Below are positions 17,074 through 27,500 of a DNA stretch of 47,829 nucleotides, piece by piece. The notes below the pieces were generated by a model. That model saw only the letters and a program-made list of their open reading frames with translations. It was not told the origin of the DNA and did no database searches. Within the stretch, counting starts at the first letter, position 1. Every line of letters begins with the position of its first letter. The position numbers and the translations under genes are program-made. The DNA is from a virus (taxonomy: Duplodnaviria; Caudoviricetes), in the IMG/VR virus record IMGVR_UViG_3300014656_000042, positions 1-47,829 of that record; one strand, written 5' to 3'.

Positions 17074-19407
17074 ATGACATTATCCTGGCCTATACATGCA
17101 AGAGCGCCTAAACGGAAACGACCGGGTGGTGTTATTCCTTTAGCTGGGTTTCCCCACGGGCTACGAACTGATGTTCCAGCATTTCAAATTCAAAAAACCG
17201 AGCTTGCAAAGTGCATTAATTATAAGTTTCTAAAGGGCGGAAAACTTGAAAGCCGGGCACCTATCATTAAATATTCCAATTCTGCAACCACATCGAATGC
17301 AACGGTAAAACTTTTCGAGCGTGTTCCTATCGGCGGTACAAATCGGGATCTTCTTGTTGATTCCAATTTTAAATTATACTACCTGGACGGCAGCCTTGAC
17401 CCGACATCGATAGGCACCTTAGAGGGGGATGCGGTTATTTTAGCTTACAATGGCGTGGCGGTTATTCTCGATGGAAGCTATATTAAATATCTCGACGGCG
17501 TGGGTGCGGCAAACCTCAAGATTGCTTATGATGATGGCACGGGAACAAGCGGGTATCAATTTGACAATATATCGGGAGATGAGGACAGCACGGTTAAATT
17601 AGGGGATGGCACAAATACCAGAATTGCTTATAAATTTACATCACAGTCATGGACGACCGGGTACACAATCCCACCCACTACATTTACAGTAAAACTCAGT
17701 GAAGCGGGGACGGCAAGCGCAACGGCAATCACAGCACGTTTAAGGCTGGTGTCAGACAACTCTATTTTAGCCGCAAAGGAACTTTTAGCCGATGCGACTG
17801 ATTTAACGGGGGTAGCGACCGAATACAGCATTACTTTTACATCTTCCGATATTACGACCGAGATGTCACGAAACGTAGCTTATTATATGAGCATCGAGCA
17901 TACGGGAGGAGACGGAGTTAATCATGTGCTGGTTCATTGCTCTGATGTAGCGAGCGCGGGTGTTTGTTATAAGTGGACAGGGGCGGCATGGGTAAATGTT
18001 ACCACACAAAACCCGATTATGTCATTACGCCCAGGGATGCCCCCTAAAGCAAGTTTTGGATGTAACCACAACAACAGGCTTTTTGTGGCTGGCGACTCTG
18101 ATAATCCGGGATATAGTTGGTATTGTAATTTAACTCACTTAGACTGGTCAACCGATGATGGTGGCGGGTATGTAGGTGCGGTTGATGAGAACAATAATAA
18201 TTATGAGATAGGGGCCTTACAGTCATTGTATAACGATTTATTTGTTTATGGCACAGAAGACCAACCCTATTTATGTAAATTGAGCGGAGCAACCCCTACA
18301 AATTATTCATTGCCTCACTTATTTCAGAGGGTATGGTCAACCCATAAGACACTAAGAAGTGTCGGGAATGACCTTTGGGGAGCTTCGGAGATAGGTGTCG
18401 ACACCTTATCCGGTGTTCAGGAATATGGGGATTTAAGGACGTTTTCCGTAAGCGACCCGGTAGCGGATAGGATAACAGACCATTGGGCCTCTTCGACTGC
18501 AATCGCTGAGTACAACCCTTTTGATGGACATTATTTGCTTTGTATGCCCTCGTATCACGGGGTTTTAATCGGTCATACAAAAACACCCACGGTAGACCCT
18601 ACTGGCATGGGATCAAGGTATCCGTGGTCGGAGTACGAGTTTTACAAGAATATTCTGTCATCTTCAACATATAAATGGACAGCCTCGGGAAGCGGTACAA
18701 GCGAATATTACGTTGAGTTGGCGGCAGGCGGTGATCCGAGCATATCGACACAACCCGACTTCATTACTTTAGACAGTGAAAATATTACCGAGGGGACGGC
18801 GGGGAGTTTAGACGACCACGGTTGGGATTACGGAGATAACGATACTTTAGGATATAACACTGTTTACATCAGGGACGATACGGGCGACCCGGATGTGACA
18901 AGCGTAGAAATTCGATCAATCCTGAGCCCTACCTGTTTTGGGTCTTTCGCCGGCGAGTTTTTTATTGGTAGCAGTGACGGGTTTATTTATAAATTTGACT
19001 CGACTGATTACAAGGATTTAAGCGAGTACCAAATTGAACCGATATTTGCGACTGCCTATATAGAAACACCTTTTGTAACTATTGACCTTGAGAAATACCA
19101 GGTAGTTGCATCTGCCAGGATGGGCGCCGAACTCAATGTAACGCTATTTAAGGATGGATTTGAATCACAGGAAGTTCATACATGGACGCATAATTTAGCA
19201 GCCCAGGATGACCTAACATTAAATGATGTTCAATCTGTTGATTTGATTGACGCCAAGTTCCCGTTAAGCAGGCAAGCGGTTTTGTTATGGAAAGATATTA
19301 ATGTCAACTGTCGAAGTTTTCAGGTAGAAGTAAAAGCAACCACCCTTATCGGGGAGCCATTGTATTTTGACGGGTTGATAATGAAATATAGGGGATTGCA
19401 AGGATAA
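17074..19407 (+). CDS. tail nozzle / stabilisation protein (P22 gp10/T7 gp12-like)
   Basis: 777 aa, beta-propeller-like (HNNRLFVAG), FPHGLRTD N-terminus; position in the module. Confidence 0.65.
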   Translation: MTLSWPIHARAPKRKRPGGVIPLAGFPHGLRTDVPAFQIQKTELAKCINYKFLKGGKLESRAPIIKYSNSATTSNATVKLFERVPIGGTNRDLLVDSNFKLYYLDGSLDPTSIGTLEGDAVILAYNGVAVILDGSYIKYLDGVGAANLKIAYDDGTGTSGYQFDNISGDEDSTVKLGDGTNTRIAYKFTSQSWTTGYTIPPTTFTVKLSEAGTASATAITARLRLVSDNSILAAKELLADATDLTGVATEYSITFTSSDITTEMSRNVAYYMSIEHTGGDGVNHVLVHCSDVASAGVCYKWTGAAWVNVTTQNPIMSLRPGMPPKASFGCNHNNRLFVAGDSDNPGYSWYCNLTHLDWSTDDGGGYVGAVDENNNNYEIGALQSLYNDLFVYGTEDQPYLCKLSGATPTNYSLPHLFQRVWSTHKTLRSVGNDLWGASEIGVDTLSGVQEYGDLRTFSVSDPVADRITDHWASSTAIAEYNPFDGHYLLCMPSYHGVLIGHTKTPTVDPTGMGSRYPWSEYEFYKNILSSSTYKWTASGSGTSEYYVELAAGGDPSISTQPDFITLDSENITEGTAGSLDDHGWDYGDNDTLGYNTVYIRDDTGDPDVTSVEIRSILSPTCFGSFAGEFFIGSSDGFIYKFDSTDYKDLSEYQIEPIFATAYIETPFVTIDLEKYQVVASARMGAELNVTLFKDGFESQEVHTWTHNLAAQDDLTLNDVQSVDLIDAKFPLSRQAVLLWKDINVNCRSFQVEVKATTLIGEPLYFDGLIMKYRGLQG

Positions 19408-19424
19408 AAAAGGAGATATAAATC

Positions 19425-19991
19425 ATGGCAATGGGGTCATATAGTAATAGCGATACACTTTATACTATTCTCAGGACAAAATTTCTTGATGATGATCTTT
19501 TAGAGTTGTTTGCTGACATAGCGGCATTAGCGGCGGGCAGTGGTGTTCTGATATCGTCTAATGATACGACCATTGGGTATGTGAATGGGAAGCTGGTAGC
19601 AGGATCAGGTATGAAGTTTACCGAGAATAACGATGCTGGCGACGAAACATTAACCATTGAGTCAGGGCCGTTAAGTGCTAAAACCGCTGATGCAACTTTA
19701 ACGGCTGCCGAGCTATTAGGTGCTACAATTTTTACGAATACAGGCGCAAGTGGAGCGGTAAATTTAACGCTTCCCGCGGGATCGAGCGGACACAGATTTA
19801 TGGGAATTGTAACCGTGGCACAATATTTACGATTTACTGCCGATGGTACTGAAAAATTTAGATATAGGGCCAATCAAAGTGCTGCCGGGGGATATATACG
19901 CACAAACGTGGTTGGAAATATAATTTCCGGTTATTGGACAGGCAGTGAGTGGGGGCTTAGTCTTGTAGGTGCTATTTTATACGATGAATAA
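19425..19991 (+). CDS. tail-associated protein
   Basis: TNTGASGAVNLTLP motif typical of phage tail/fibre proteins. Confidence 0.55.
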   Translation: MAMGSYSNSDTLYTILRTKFLDDDLLELFADIAALAAGSGVLISSNDTTIGYVNGKLVAGSGMKFTENNDAGDETLTIESGPLSAKTADATLTAAELLGATIFTNTGASGAVNLTLPAGSSGHRFMGIVTVAQYLRFTADGTEKFRYRANQSAAGGYIRTNVVGNIISGYWTGSEWGLSLVGAILYDE

Positions 19992-20003
19992 GGAGAATTA
20001 AAA

Positions 20004-20699
20004 ATGGGTAGTTTTGGTGGAGTTGCAAAATCAGAAGTATTTACATCGTCCGGCACATGGACACGTCCGGCGGGCGTTGATTGGGCCTGGATTTTACTTG
20101 TTGCCGCCGGTGGTAGTGGCGGTGGCGGGGATACTGGCACAGCCTTTGCTGGCGGAGGTGGTGGTGGAGCACAGGTAATAGAACGATTAATGCGAGTGAC
20201 TACCGATTTAACTATCACAATAGCAGCCGCCGCCACGGGTGGGGCCGCTGATACCGATGGTGCCGATGGTTCAAACTCTACAATAACTGGGGGCTGCACT
20301 CTTACTGCCCTTGGTGGAAAAAAAGGGCTTTTGGCTAATGGTGCTAATGGTAATGGTGGGAATGGTGGAGCTATTGCCTATGTTACAGCAGGCACAGACT
20401 GGGGGGACGGAGGTGCCACAGCCGGCGAGCCTGGAATTAATGGAATCGGCGGCGCAGGTGCAGTGGGCCATTCAGCATCTTATGGGCATTGTATCGGTTA
20501 CGGCCAAGGTGGTTATAGCGGAGGGACACATGGCGGTGCAGGCGGCGGAAGTTATGGCGATGGCGCTGATGGCAATGCCGGGGCTGCTGGTGATGCTGCT
20601 GCGGCTAACTCAGGCGGCGGCGGTGCAGGCGGCGGAGATGGTGCAAATGCCGGAGGCGATAGCGGAAGCGGATATGCTGAAGTTCGATGGATTGAATAA
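20004..20699 (+). CDS. glycine-rich tail fibre domain protein
   Basis: FTSSGTWTRPAGV...AAGGSGGGG and GG..GSGY.EVRW. Confidence 0.75.
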   Translation: MGSFGGVAKSEVFTSSGTWTRPAGVDWAWILLVAAGGSGGGGDTGTAFAGGGGGGAQVIERLMRVTTDLTITIAAAATGGAADTDGADGSNSTITGGCTLTALGGKKGLLANGANGNGGNGGAIAYVTAGTDWGDGGATAGEPGINGIGGAGAVGHSASYGHCIGYGQGGYSGGTHGGAGGGSYGDGADGNAGAAGDAAAANSGGGGAGGGDGANAGGDSGSGYAEVRWIE

Positions 20700-20711
20700 G
20701 GAGGTATAAAA

Positions 20712-21125
20712 ATGCAATATGCACATATAACAAATGATATAGTAAATATCATCGAGTGCGAGCCGGACAAAGTTGACGAGCTTATAAGCGCCGGGCTGGT
20801 TATAAAAGACATTTCAGAAGTTACGCCAAAACCGGCAGCAGGATGGACTTATGACCCTGACACTGACACATACTCAGAACCGGAACCCATAATAGAGCAG
20901 CCAAATCCTGTTATATCAAACATTGATTTCTGGGAACGCTTCACGGAAGACGAAAGAGAAATTCTTGTAACACACACTAATGCAAAAATAAAGCGTTTCC
21001 TTTTTGAACTTCGATTGAGGGATTCTTTTGACCTGTCTGACCAGAAAAATATTGATATTATTAATGCCCTTGAATCAGCGACTATAATAGGTGTTGGCAG
21101 AGCAGATGTGATATTAAGTTATTAA
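20712..21125 (+). CDS. tail fibre-associated/chaperone protein
   Basis: MQYAHI....VNII, P.AGWTYD and FWERFTEDE...GRADVIL. Confidence 0.6.
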   Translation: MQYAHITNDIVNIIECEPDKVDELISAGLVIKDISEVTPKPAAGWTYDPDTDTYSEPEPIIEQPNPVISNIDFWERFTEDEREILVTHTNAKIKRFLFELRLRDSFDLSDQKNIDIINALESATIIGVGRADVILSY

Positions 21126-21141
21126 AAGGAGGTAATAAAAA

Positions 21142-22173
21142 ATGGCAACATGGGCATCGGGGCTTAATTTTAATTATCCTGGCTATAATTATCAAGACCC
21201 AACGGGACAGAATGTTGGTACCAATATTTGGGCTAACCAGCCATGGTATCAGTCAGCAATAATAGATAATCCTGGGTTAGGTATAGATTCTAATGTTACA
21301 AACCCTAATTTTGATCCTATAACAGGGCTGCCTGTAATCCCGGGAGCGACTACTGATCCAGGGGTAGGTACTGGAACGGGGACAGGAACGGCTCCAGGGA
21401 CAGATAATGGCCTGACGGGGGGAGTTGAAACATATTTTGGTGCCTTAGAGTCAACGGCAGGTCAAAACTGGTTAAGAACACAGCCAGGTCAAGATTGGCT
21501 AAATACAGAAGAAGGCCAATTATGGCTAACAACGCCTACAGGCCAAAGCCAAACTTGGTTAAATCCCACCGGGACTATTGGGACAGGAGTCGATACAGGG
21601 ACAGGAACAGGAACCGGGACTGGCGTAACGAACACAACTGATCAGGGGTTTTTCAATATACCATCAGACATCTTCCCTTTTACAAGAAGCTCAAGTAGTG
21701 ATACACGGCAAAGCACTTCTTATGGCGGGTTGCCGGAAGATCAGCGAAACCAACTATTAAGTGCGATACTCCCACAGCTTATATCACAGATTAATAATAT
21801 GCCGGGGAATATAGACGATTACACTCAAAATGCTTTAAATCAGTACAGGCAGTTAGCATTGAAAGACTTGCCGGGAGAGCTTACCAGCACACTGAATAAT
21901 CTTGTGTCAAGGAACATGCTTAACTCTTCAGTGGCAGGGGAGGCCATATCCGATGTAACAGGTGAAGTAATGTCAAGGTATACGCCTATGGCCTATAATG
22001 CAGCTATGACAGGGGCCGGAATGAAAGCCGCTATGCCAGGAATATTAGGACAATTGGCAAATTTGGGGCGATATGATACAACACAATCGACAGGAAGTGG
22101 TACACAACAAAGCTATCAAGAAAATCGTCTTGCCCCGTATCAGCTTTTAGTGAACTTGCTTACAAATATTTAA
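21142..22173 (+). CDS. putative internal virion/ejection protein
   Basis: Low-complexity (GT)n tracts, GQxWL repeats, Q/N-rich helices; position after the tail genes. Confidence 0.55.
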   Translation: MATWASGLNFNYPGYNYQDPTGQNVGTNIWANQPWYQSAIIDNPGLGIDSNVTNPNFDPITGLPVIPGATTDPGVGTGTGTGTAPGTDNGLTGGVETYFGALESTAGQNWLRTQPGQDWLNTEEGQLWLTTPTGQSQTWLNPTGTIGTGVDTGTGTGTGTGVTNTTDQGFFNIPSDIFPFTRSSSSDTRQSTSYGGLPEDQRNQLLSAILPQLISQINNMPGNIDDYTQNALNQYRQLALKDLPGELTSTLNNLVSRNMLNSSVAGEAISDVTGEVMSRYTPMAYNAAMTGAGMKAAMPGILGQLANLGRYDTTQSTGSGTQQSYQENRLAPYQLLVNLLTNI

Positions 22174-22186
22174 GGAGGTAGAAAAA

Positions 22187-23134
22187 ATGGGTTTATTAAG
22201 TGCAATAATCCCCGGGGTTATTTCATTAGGGGCTTCTCTTTTAGGTGGCGACGATGATGAGCAGCAATCTACCGTAGCCCCTACAGATCCGCATATTCCT
22301 GCGATGATGCAGAACTTTTTCCAGAATTATTATGGAACCACTAAAGAAGGAATGACGGAGCGAGCTAACCTGGAAAGCCAGTTAGCAACCGCCAAAGTGA
22401 GTAAAGCAGGTGCCCTGTCGGCTCTTCAAAATTTAAGTGAAAGAATTCAGATCGCAGAGGCTCAAGGAAATACATCCGTTGTTGATGGTCTGCGAAGACA
22501 GCTTGTTTCTTTACAGAGCGCTTATTCTTCCGCCGAGTATAAAGTAAAAAGTTTAGAGGCTCAAATAGGTGCATTCGGCGAGGAGCCTATGAAAGAAACC
22601 TACCGATTATCTGAAGAAGATATTTCAAGGGCTGGCGACGAATTAGTCCAGGCAACAGAATCAACTTATGGTGCCGGTTCCGAGAATCAAAACCTTTTAG
22701 GAAGTCTTATCAATAAAACCATGGGGGGAGGCAATTACGGCCCCGGGCAGAGTTATCTTGATAAATTAATGACAGGCATAAATTTTGGTTTTGGCGGACA
22801 GAAGATGGGTTCATTTTTACCTAAAGGAAATGCCGCTGCGCTTGCTTCTTTACCAAACATCCTTCAACAATTAACAAGCACAATAGGCACTAAAGCGCAA
22901 GGGCTTGTCACGCCAGCCCAGACAGAAATGCAACTAACAACCGCCTACCCGGAAGGATGGGGAACTCGTGAAGCGTTACAGAATGAACTTAACAATTATT
23001 TGGCCACTATCGGCGTATCACCTTATAAACAAACAACTTCTACTTATGACCCAGGCTCTTCCGGGGAATACACACAAATTGGAGATTCACTATCCAAGTT
23101 AGTTGGAGACATTTTTGAAAATTGGGGTACATAA
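22187..23134 (+). CDS. putative ejection (pilot) protein
   Basis: MGLLSAIIPGVISLGASLLGG N-terminus followed by a coiled coil. Confidence 0.55.
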   Translation: MGLLSAIIPGVISLGASLLGGDDDEQQSTVAPTDPHIPAMMQNFFQNYYGTTKEGMTERANLESQLATAKVSKAGALSALQNLSERIQIAEAQGNTSVVDGLRRQLVSLQSAYSSAEYKVKSLEAQIGAFGEEPMKETYRLSEEDISRAGDELVQATESTYGAGSENQNLLGSLINKTMGGGNYGPGQSYLDKLMTGINFGFGGQKMGSFLPKGNAAALASLPNILQQLTSTIGTKAQGLVTPAQTEMQLTTAYPEGWGTREALQNELNNYLATIGVSPYKQTTSTYDPGSSGEYTQIGDSLSKLVGDIFENWGT

Positions 23135-23136
23135 TC

Positions 23137-24513
23137 ATGAATGCTTTAGCGAATTTACAGCCTATTAATCCCAGGGCACAACAACAAACCACTCAAAATA
23201 TATTATCAAATCTATTAAAGGGGGGCAGGTCTACACAATCCCCTCAATTAATGCAACCATGGAGAGGAACAGGTCCCGGCGTAATTAATGGACTTGTGGT
23301 AGAGGAAAAAAAGAAAAAAGACCTTCAGCGTAATTTTTCGCTGGCTTTAAATGATATTCTGGAATTAAAGAAAACGACCGGGGAAAATGTTCCTCCAAAT
23401 GAAATAATGAGTATCATGTTAAAGAGAAATATCCCTGCCACTGTTTCCCAGGACTTTACCGCCAAGATGCTTAAAATGGAGAAGGCTTATTCTAAGCCGC
23501 CTGAACCACCTAAAACAAGAGAGTTCTTTAATAAAGAGAGTAATGTTTATGAAAGAGAGCGGTGGAACCCAACAATCGGATGGGAAAAGACGGGACAGAT
23601 ATCGAAACCAGGCCCCAAGGAAGACAAGCCAAAGACCACAGATTTAAAATATTGGACTAAAGAAGGCATCCCAAAAACATTGAGGGGTGTTGAAGATGTA
23701 AGCGATGCTGAAACAAAATTAAAAGAACAGGGTTTTTTACTGTATGATCCGATTGCCTTTGACAAAAAAGGACTTGAGTTAAAAGCTGCACGAAAAGCAT
23801 TTAATACGCCTGAACTAACAAGAACAGAGGCATTGAAGGCGATAAAAGATGCTGGAAAAGAAATAGTAAAAATTAAGACTACTGGTGGTATGGATGAAGC
23901 AAGTTTTATAATAATGGAAACACTTGATCCTGAAAGAGCAAAGGCAATTAAAGAATCAGGTGATATTAAAGAGGCCGTTAGGTTGATTAAAGACTACCAG
24001 AACCATATAAGGACAACTTTCTTGGGCGGGAAGAGACCCCCCACTGGTGAACAAGGTGATAAAGATTTTGATAGTATCCCAATAAGAGAACCTCACCCAA
24101 AAGAGCTTGATTATTTTCGGAAAAACCCAAATGTTACTGGTATGGCAACAGAAGATAATGCTGTAATACTAAATCCATATTCAAATCTTTCACCCTCTCA
24201 AAAAGAATCCGTAATTACAAATGAAAAAGCACGGATTTTTATAAGAAAAAATGGACTTACCCCAGACTTTCAATTAACCGATAAGCAAAAAGAAATATTT
24301 AAAGATTATGGGTCGGATAAAGATATCAAGGAAACAATTGCGGCAAGAATTTTAACGAGCGATCCGTCAGCCGGTGATGTAACACCAGAACAAAAACTGT
24401 GGGTTAAAAGCACATTTAATTTTGCGATTGGCAAGCCAACAGATAAAAAGCCGGGTCTGAAAAGACATCCGATTTATAAGACAAAAGACGATGACTGGAG
24501 AAATTACAGATAA
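23137..24513 (+). CDS. putative internal virion/ejection protein
   Basis: 458-aa ORF coupled to the giant gene by a TAATG overlap. Confidence 0.55.
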   Translation: MNALANLQPINPRAQQQTTQNILSNLLKGGRSTQSPQLMQPWRGTGPGVINGLVVEEKKKKDLQRNFSLALNDILELKKTTGENVPPNEIMSIMLKRNIPATVSQDFTAKMLKMEKAYSKPPEPPKTREFFNKESNVYERERWNPTIGWEKTGQISKPGPKEDKPKTTDLKYWTKEGIPKTLRGVEDVSDAETKLKEQGFLLYDPIAFDKKGLELKAARKAFNTPELTRTEALKAIKDAGKEIVKIKTTGGMDEASFIIMETLDPERAKAIKESGDIKEAVRLIKDYQNHIRTTFLGGKRPPTGEQGDKDFDSIPIREPHPKELDYFRKNPNVTGMATEDNAVILNPYSNLSPSQKESVITNEKARIFIRKNGLTPDFQLTDKQKEIFKDYGSDKDIKETIAARILTSDPSAGDVTPEQKLWVKSTFNFAIGKPTDKKPGLKRHPIYKTKDDDWRNYR

Positions 24514-27500
24514 TGTTATCAGTATTACAACAATGGGATGAAGATCCCGAATTTCAGAATCTCGATTATGCCGAGAAAGAAAAGGTTTATTTAAACTATT
24601 TTGATCGGAATATGAAAGATGATGAATTCAATATTTTACCGATTGAGGAACAAAGTCGAATAAAATCTAATTTTGTCCAAAGGCGTGTTAGACAACCTCG
24701 CCAAGAAAGATTGAGTCTTGTCCCTAAAAGACCCCCCGATAGTGTTTTATCACGGGTGCCACAAAAAGCAGTTCCCATTGAAGTACCTGATGCTACCCCC
24801 GGCTATACAAAGACCATAGGAAAAGGATTGTTATCAGGAGTTGAAAGTCTTGCTGGTGGAATAGGTTCATTTGCAAGGTGGACAGGAGAAGTTACAAGAG
24901 ATCCGTGGCTTGTTAAATTAGGAAAAGATGCGTCTAATTACTGGAAGGAGGCTCAAACAGAAGGCATCGCAAAGCCAGACCCGACTATCTATAAGGGGTC
25001 ATTTATAGAGAATCCTTCATTGAAAAGGGCTGTTGGAATAGTGGCACAGGCCATTCCGTCAATGGGCGGGGCTGTTGTTGCAAGTATTGTCACTGGACAG
25101 CCGTGGATAGGTGCAGCCATGCTTGGCCTAATGGAAGGTGCGCCACAATATGAAGAGGCAAGGGAAGCTGGCAAGGGGATAACTGAGTCAAGTTATTACG
25201 GCGTTCTGTCCACAGCAGGAACAGCCATGTTGGAATATTTGCCAATAAGTAGAATGTTTAAGTTTAGGGGTGGGGTCGCTACAGGTGCTATCAAGGGTGC
25301 TGGCGAAGAATCGGTGCAAGAGGCCACTCAAACAATTTGGCAGAACCTTATCGCAAAACTTGGATATGATGATTCAAAGAGCCTTGCGGAAGGAATTATT
25401 GAAAGTATAATTGGTGGTTTCGGTGCAGGTGGCATAGCTGGTGGTACAATCGCAAAATTGAATAATATATCTGAAAAGGCAAAAGAGGCTGGCGTTACAG
25501 AATTAGAAATAAAAGAAGCGTGGGATGATATTCAAGGCCAGATAATTGAGCTTACAGACAAAATAGAACCCACCACAGCCAGGCCAGGTGACGAACTTTC
25601 AGAAGGGATGCCTGCTCCGTCAAAAGCTAAACCTCCTTCACCAATTCCCCCACGCTCCGGGGGTGCTCTTCTCGAAGAGACTCCTCCCGCCCCTGGAGTC
25701 CCGCCTTCTGCGGTTAGGCCCTCGAAGGTAGTTACTGAGATGCCTATTCCTGAGCGGCCAACGGGCTTAGAACGGCTTAGGGGGCGTTTTGCTGGGAAAG
25801 AGGGCCGGTTGGTTGAGGAAGCAGAGAAAGTCGAACCTGGGGCGAAAGAGCCGTGGGAGATGACGAAAGAGAACCTTAAAACCAAATATCATATAGCTGG
25901 AGGTGTGGTAGACGGTCGTAAGGTACGGAGTAAAATACCCAATATGTCTTCTATAGAAGCAACTGTAGATACACCAACGGTACTTAAAGGAATATATGAA
26001 ATTCCATTATCAGAATTTGAAGGAAGTTTGACAGGTAAGCATTATTCTACTGCTGGAACAAAAAGCATTGCCGAGTTAGCCGATGAAATTGCAAAATCTA
26101 AAGAAATTAACCCATTAATTGTTGTTGTTGATAAGGAAGGTCCATATATTCTTGAGGGGGCCACAAGGGCAGAGTCGCTATATAAATTAGGGGCTAAATC
26201 TTTTCCTGCAAAGGTGGTAATAGACGAAGGGTCTTTTTTTGACGCCGTCAAACAAGCCCAGGCTGAAGACAAGGTTATCCCGAAAGGAGTCCTTGCGGAG
26301 TACCCTGAGTTGAAGGCTAAGGAAGCGGCTAAAGAGCCAAAGGAAGCCCCCGTGGGGGAGGAAAAGATCACCAAAGGGGTTGTTGAAGGGGTAAAAGAGG
26401 CCCCACGGGGTGCAACAGTGGAAGGAGAGAGGGCCGCTATTGAAAAGGCAACGAGGTTACATAAAAGGTCGTATGGATTAAAACCCAAGAATAGTCTCGC
26501 CCGATTGCTTGAAGCAAAACAAATATTAGAGCAGGCCGGGGTTGATAAAAACACTGAAATATATACAGAGACAGACAGACTTATAGGTAATTATAAAAAA
26601 CGTTTAGGCATTGTTGATGCCACAGCAGAAGCCCCCAAGCGTGTCCTTACCTCTGACACCTTTGCAGGCTTAGCTAAAAAATCAGATGAACTCCAAGTTA
26701 TAATAGAAGCCAAACACGATGAATTAGAGAAGGCTGGCCTTACGTGGGAGGAACAAAATAAAAACCCTGAACTAAGCAAGCTCTATGATGAAGCCAATAA
26801 GTTTGAGACTGCTGCCGCTGTTAAGGGATATGAAGGGGCAAAAAAAATCATAACTGATGAGCTTGGGGTGGATGTTCCCGTAGACACACTGTACGCTTCG
26901 GTTGATTCTATACTAAGAGAGCATTATTCTCTTACAAAAGAGCCCATTGGTGCATACATGATGCGCAAGTATACAGGTGAGGCTTTGAGCAACGTCGATG
27001 AAACAGTCTTAAAGGTTGCTAAAGATATAAGTAAATTATTATTAGCACGAGACGCCCCGCAGGCTGATTGGTTTGCGACTATGGAAAGCCCTGTTTCTGG
27101 ATTAACAAGAAAAGGCAAGGAAGCGTACGTTAAAGAAGGACTATCTAAAGCAAAGGCTATACATGGGAAAATAACCAAATTCTTCCTTCCTATGGCTAAA
27201 CCCACGAAAATGATAGGAGACAAGGAGTGGGTAGGGGTAGAGAAAAAAATACCCAAGCGTGTCCTTGCATCTGATACCATAGAAGGCGTAAAAGACAATC
27301 TTGTCATACAGGCTAAGGACGGCACGATATACGAGTCCTCACGGGCTGGTTCGCCTATTCACGGTATGATGTTAGACGAGTTTAATGTGAAGGCCGAGGA
27401 TATTGAGAGGACGGGTCTGACTGTGGAAAGCGGTAAGATTCTATGGAGTGATAGCCTAAAAGGCTTAAAGCCAACTCCGGAACAAGTAAAAGCGGCGAAA

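Noticed and set aside
16501-18915. Duplicated segment as a DGR template/variable repeat pair
   Set aside because: Differences are spread over synonymous positions and are not adenine-specific. Both copies are coding, and no reverse transcriptase is present.
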